A DNA stretch of 63,777 bases from an uncultured Maribacter sp. (GTDB lineage: Bacteria > Bacteroidota > Bacteroidia > Flavobacteriales > Flavobacteriaceae), in assembly GCA_964515285.1 (NCBI GenBank), contig CAZEUV010000002.1, positions 6,507 through 70,283 of the forward strand. Reading direction: 5' to 3'. The position numbers and the translations under genes were made by a program. Below the pieces are notes generated by a model that was not told where the DNA came from, made no database searches, and saw only the letters and a list, made by a program, of their open reading frames with translations. Each line of letters opens with the position of its first letter. Position 1 is the stretch's first letter. Shown in pieces: positions 59,985 through 63,777 of this stretch.

Positions 59985-62339
59985 ATGACAAAGGCCGTAA
60001 AGAAAAAGAACAAAGGCTTTTTCAAATTCATCAAATGGTTCTGGATTTTGTTTTTCGTAGGAATCCTTTCCGTGACACTAATTTTCTTATCGGCATCTTG
60101 GGGTTATTTGGGGGATATGCCCGATTACCAATATTTAGAGAATCCACAGACCAATTTGGCTACCGAGATTTTGTCCTCTGATGGTAAAACACTCGGAAAA
60201 TTTTATTTGGATGATAATCGCACCCCGATCGATTACAAAGATCTCCCTGAGAATTTGGTGAACGCATTAATCGCAAAAGAAGATGTGCGATACTATAACC
60301 ATTCGGGAATCGATGCGCGAGGCACTCTAAGAGCTGTATTTGCTAAAATTACATTTCGAAATAAAGGCGGGGCAAGTACTATACCTCAACAATTAGCAAG
60401 ACAGTTGTTTGTGGGGCAAAAAGCCAAGGGACGGGGGAGGTATACCCAAAAAATCAGAGAATGGGTATTGGCCGTACAGCTCGAACGTAGTTATACCAAG
60501 GAGGAAATCATAGCTATGTATTTCAATATTTATGATTTTGGCAATAATGCTGACGGCATCAGGTCGGCTTCGAAAATTTATTTTGGAAAGGAACCCAAGA
60601 ATCTAAAGATTGAAGAATCGGCGATGTTGGTAGGCATGTTGAAGAACTCCTCCTTATATAATCCTAGGCCTCATAGAAATCCTGAAGGGACCAAGAACCA
60701 AAGAGATGTGGTGCTGGCCCAAATGGCCAGATACAATTATATCACCGAAAAAGAAAAAGACTCGCTTCAGGCCTTGAAGATGGACATCAATTTTAGTCCC
60801 GAATCGCACCGCGAAGGGCTGGCCACATATTTTAGAATGCACCTTCAACGTTTTATGAACAAATGGATAGCGAAGAACCCGAAACCGGCCTTGAAAGGTG
60901 AACGTGATAAATACAATCTGTATCTAGACGGGTTAAAGATCTATACCACTATAGATTCTAGAATGCAGGCCAATGCCGAAGAAGCCGTTAGTGCACACAT
61001 GAAAAATTTACAGGCCGAGTTTTTTCATCAAAACACACCAGATCGTAACAAAACAGCCCCATTTTTGGATCTTGAGAAGAGTGAAATAGACAGAATTATT
61101 GAACGCGGTATGAAAAACTCAGATCGATGGCGCATGATGAAGTCTGAAGGAAAATCTGAAAAAGAAATACGCGCTTCCTTTACCAAGAAAACCGAAATGA
61201 CCGTATTTGACTGGAAAAGAGAAACGCGAGAGAAAGATACGATTATGACCCCCTTAGATTCTATACGGTATTACAAAACCTTTTTGCGTACCGCCATGAT
61301 GTCAATGGAACCCCAAACTGGGCATGTAAAAGCATGGGTGGGGGGTATCGACTACAAGCATTTTCAATATGACAATGTAATTCAGGGCACAAATCAGGCA
61401 GGGTCGACGTTCAAACCTTTTGTTTATGCGGCAGCTATAGACCAACTACGCTTATCGCCTTGTGATTCCTTACCCGATACCCAATATTGTATTGAGGCAG
61501 AAAAGCACGGTAATCCTGAACCTTGGTGCCCTAAAAATTCTAACGGCAGGTATTCGGGCAAAAACTATACGTTAAAAGGAGCTTTAGCGAACTCGGTTAA
61601 CACGGTAACCGCCCAATTGATCGATCGGGTCGGCCCAAAATCGGTAGTTTCGATTGTCAAGAATTTGGGTTTGTCCGGTGATATTCCTGAAGTGCCTTCT
61701 ATTGCATTGGGCACATCTGATGTCAATGTGTACGAGATGGTAGGGGCATATGGTGCTTTTGTAAACCAAGGGGTCTACGTAAAACCAGTAACAGTCACTA
61801 GAATTGAAGATAGAAACGGTACGGTACTTTATGAATATGTGCCTAAAACCAAAGATGTCTTGAGCAAAGAAGTAGCATATACCATGTTAAATTTGATGCA
61901 GGGGGTTACCGAAGGTGGTTCGGGCGCACGATTAAGGCATAGTTACCTAAAGAACACAACGGTTTACAAAGAAATCATAACGGGATATCCCTACGGCTTT
62001 ACAAACCCAATAGCGGGCAAAACGGGCACGACCCAAAATCAAAGTGATGGTTGGTTTATGGGTATGGTGCCTAATCTGGTTACTGGTGTATGGGTCGGTG
62101 GTGATGACAAGCCAATACATTTTAGCACCACTAAGTATGGTCAGGGGGCTTCAATGGCCTTACCTATTTGGGGCTTGTATATGAAGAAGAATTATGAAAA
62201 TGAAGCATTGAGTATTTCAGACGGAGCCTTTCCGAAACCGAGCAATATGTCGATTGATTTAGATTGTAATAAAATCAAGAAAGAAATCCAAGAGAACGTC
62301 GATCCCGATGATGGAGATTTAGATGATATAGATTTTTAG
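59985..62339 (+). CDS. Class A penicillin-binding protein (PBP1a)
   Basis: KEDVRY, GGASTI.QQLA, GSTFKP, SVN, KTGT. Confidence 0.93.
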   Translation: MTKAVKKKNKGFFKFIKWFWILFFVGILSVTLIFLSASWGYLGDMPDYQYLENPQTNLATEILSSDGKTLGKFYLDDNRTPIDYKDLPENLVNALIAKEDVRYYNHSGIDARGTLRAVFAKITFRNKGGASTIPQQLARQLFVGQKAKGRGRYTQKIREWVLAVQLERSYTKEEIIAMYFNIYDFGNNADGIRSASKIYFGKEPKNLKIEESAMLVGMLKNSSLYNPRPHRNPEGTKNQRDVVLAQMARYNYITEKEKDSLQALKMDINFSPESHREGLATYFRMHLQRFMNKWIAKNPKPALKGERDKYNLYLDGLKIYTTIDSRMQANAEEAVSAHMKNLQAEFFHQNTPDRNKTAPFLDLEKSEIDRIIERGMKNSDRWRMMKSEGKSEKEIRASFTKKTEMTVFDWKRETREKDTIMTPLDSIRYYKTFLRTAMMSMEPQTGHVKAWVGGIDYKHFQYDNVIQGTNQAGSTFKPFVYAAAIDQLRLSPCDSLPDTQYCIEAEKHGNPEPWCPKNSNGRYSGKNYTLKGALANSVNTVTAQLIDRVGPKSVVSIVKNLGLSGDIPEVPSIALGTSDVNVYEMVGAYGAFVNQGVYVKPVTVTRIEDRNGTVLYEYVPKTKDVLSKEVAYTMLNLMQGVTEGGSGARLRHSYLKNTTVYKEIITGYPYGFTNPIAGKTGTTQNQSDGWFMGMVPNLVTGVWVGGDDKPIHFSTTKYGQGASMALPIWGLYMKKNYENEALSISDGAFPKPSNMSIDLDCNKIKKEIQENVDPDDGDLDDIDF

Positions 62340-62588
62340 GGAAGAAGGCTTAGACCAACCTCAATTCAGAGTTCAGTAATAGACATTATTTCTACAAATA
62401 GTTTGTTGGCACATAGTTAGAAAGCTCTAAATAACATAGGCTTCCAATGTTTGATTTTCAGACATATAGTATATGTCCGAAACAATCATCTTCGTTAAAA
62501 TTTAAGGTTCTTTTGGTCATAAAAGTTTGGTTAAATTGCCGTAAATTAGTGCAGTGATACCAATCGATAATCTTTTTAAACAAAACAG

Positions 62589-63293
62589 ATGATTCGCAAG
62601 AAAGTTACCAATGCCAAAGAAGCATTACAAGGCGTACAAGACGGAATGACCCTTATGTTGGGTGGGTTTGGCCTCTGTGGCATTCCCGAAAATGCCATTG
62701 CAGAATTGGTCGCTATGGAAATTACTGATATTACCTGTATCTCGAACAATGCCGGAGTCGACGATTTTGGTTTGGGACTGTTGTTACAAAAGCACCAGAT
62801 AAAAAAAATGATCTCATCTTATGTAGGTGAAAATGAAGAATTTGAACGCCAAATGCTGAGCGGTGAATTAGAGGTTGAACTTACGCCACAGGGCACTTTG
62901 GCTGAAAAATGTAGAGCTGCCCAAGCAGGTTTTCCTGCATTTTACACCCCTGCAGGGTATGGTACTGAAGTAGCAGAAGGGAAAGAAACAAGAGAGTTCA
63001 ATGGCAAAATGTATGTATTAGAATCGGCGTATAAGGCTGATTTTTCATTCGTAAAAGCATGGAAAGGCGATGAGGCTGGCAACTTAATTTTCAAGGGCAC
63101 ATCACGTAATTTCAACCCCTGTATGTGCGGAGCGGCAAAAATAACGGTTGCCGAGGTAGAAGAATTAGTGCCGGCAGGGCAATTAGATCCCGATCAAATT
63201 CATGTGCCGGGCATATTTGTAAAACGTATTTTTCAGGGGAAGGATTATGAGAAGCGAATTGAACAGCGAACGGTACGTTCTCGCAATATGTAA
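62589..63293 (+). CDS. scoA: 3-oxoacid CoA-transferase subunit A
   Basis: [33 protein letters not shown]. Confidence 0.92.
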   Translation: MIRKKVTNAKEALQGVQDGMTLMLGGFGLCGIPENAIAELVAMEITDITCISNNAGVDDFGLGLLLQKHQIKKMISSYVGENEEFERQMLSGELEVELTPQGTLAEKCRAAQAGFPAFYTPAGYGTEVAEGKETREFNGKMYVLESAYKADFSFVKAWKGDEAGNLIFKGTSRNFNPCMCGAAKITVAEVEELVPAGQLDPDQIHVPGIFVKRIFQGKDYEKRIEQRTVRSRNM

Positions 63294-63317
63294 TTTTTTT
63301 AATGTAAAAATGTAACG

Positions 63318-63674
63318 ATGGTCAAAAAAGAAAATATAGTTACTGAGAAATCAATCGAATTTGCTTTGATGGTTATTGAGTTCTGTGAGTTATTGGAAGA
63401 AAAAAGAAAGTTTGCGATAGCCAATCAACTTTTAAAAGCAGGAACAAGTATTGGTGCCAATGTTCATGAAGCCCAAAATGCTGAAAGTAGAGCTGATTTT
63501 ATTCATAAAATGAAAATCGCCCTTAAAGAACTTGAAGAAACCAAATATTGGCTTATCCTTTGTGAAAGAGCCAAATCCTATCCATTTAATTCGAATATGA
63601 AAACCAGCATCCATGAGTTGGGATTAATAATGTATAAGATTGTAAGTACTAGCAAAAGAAATTCGACCAAATAA
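63318..63674 (+). CDS. Four-helix-bundle protein (23S rRNA IVS / Avd-like family)
   Basis: KS..FAL, QLLKAGTSIGANVHEAQ.AES..DFIHK..IA.KE..ET.YWL. Confidence 0.9.
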   Translation: MVKKENIVTEKSIEFALMVIEFCELLEEKRKFAIANQLLKAGTSIGANVHEAQNAESRADFIHKMKIALKELEETKYWLILCERAKSYPFNSNMKTSIHELGLIMYKIVSTSKRNSTK

Positions 63675-63726
63675 AAATAAGTCATTGATACATTGGATTC
63701 ATCGGTAAATTGTTACATTACTAACT

Positions 63727-63777
63727 ATGTTGGATAAAAACGGAATAGCAAAACGCATCGCAAAAGAAGTCAAAGAC
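63727..63777 (+). CDS. scoB: 3-oxoacid CoA-transferase subunit B (5' fragment, truncated by window end)
   Basis: MLDKNGIAKRIAKEVKD. Confidence 0.8.
   Translation, partial: MLDKNGIAKRIAKEVKD

Noticed and set aside
2335-61769. Many antisense or overlapping ORFs of 60-171 aa in the ORF track (e.g. 11120-11635, 30052-30525)
   Set aside because: Shadows of well-supported genes with no motifs
1-63777. CRISPR array, tRNA/rRNA, transposase, prophage, defence system or DGR
   Set aside because: No spaced direct repeats, RNA gene signatures, integrase or reverse transcriptase seen; the Avd-like gene has no RT or TR/VR nearby

Overview
Chromosomal segment of a Bacteroidota bacterium, most likely a marine Flavobacteriaceae. 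Evidence: TAnnTTTG -7 promoters, no Shine-Dalgarno motifs, gldH, sprE-like gene, T9SS cargo, split atpBEFHAG operon. 1-16.2 kb is the distal end of a surface-polysaccharide locus. It carries a beta-helix/degenerate-CotH + VTC + DUF4956 + CotH-kinase module, a Tat-signal threonine-aldolase-like gene, a bi-domain oxidoreductase/heparinase-like/GT4 cassette, a PhoX lipoprotein, a WecA-like transferase and UDP-GlcA decarboxylase. The rest is mostly housekeeping (purD, atp operon, dut, dprA, trpS, recA, U32/ferredoxin, ricT-gldH-PBP1a, scoAB). Accessory genes are interspersed: arsS + AhpD-like partner, a T9SS-secreted GH-A-like protein, a repeat lipoprotein, an ECF module with a frameshifted hydrolase, and a four-helix-bundle gene. 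Best leads: (1) the VTC/DUF4956/dual-CotH module in the glycan locus; (2) an ECF sigma plus dual-membrane-spanning anti-sigma operon whose promoter motif recurs exactly in front of an unannotated, terminated ~160-nt transcript opposite recA, while the sigma gene lacks a canonical start codon; (3) a four-helix-bundle gene flanked by inverted 8-nt-period repeats inside scoAB. All family assignments come from motif recognition by eye, not database searches.
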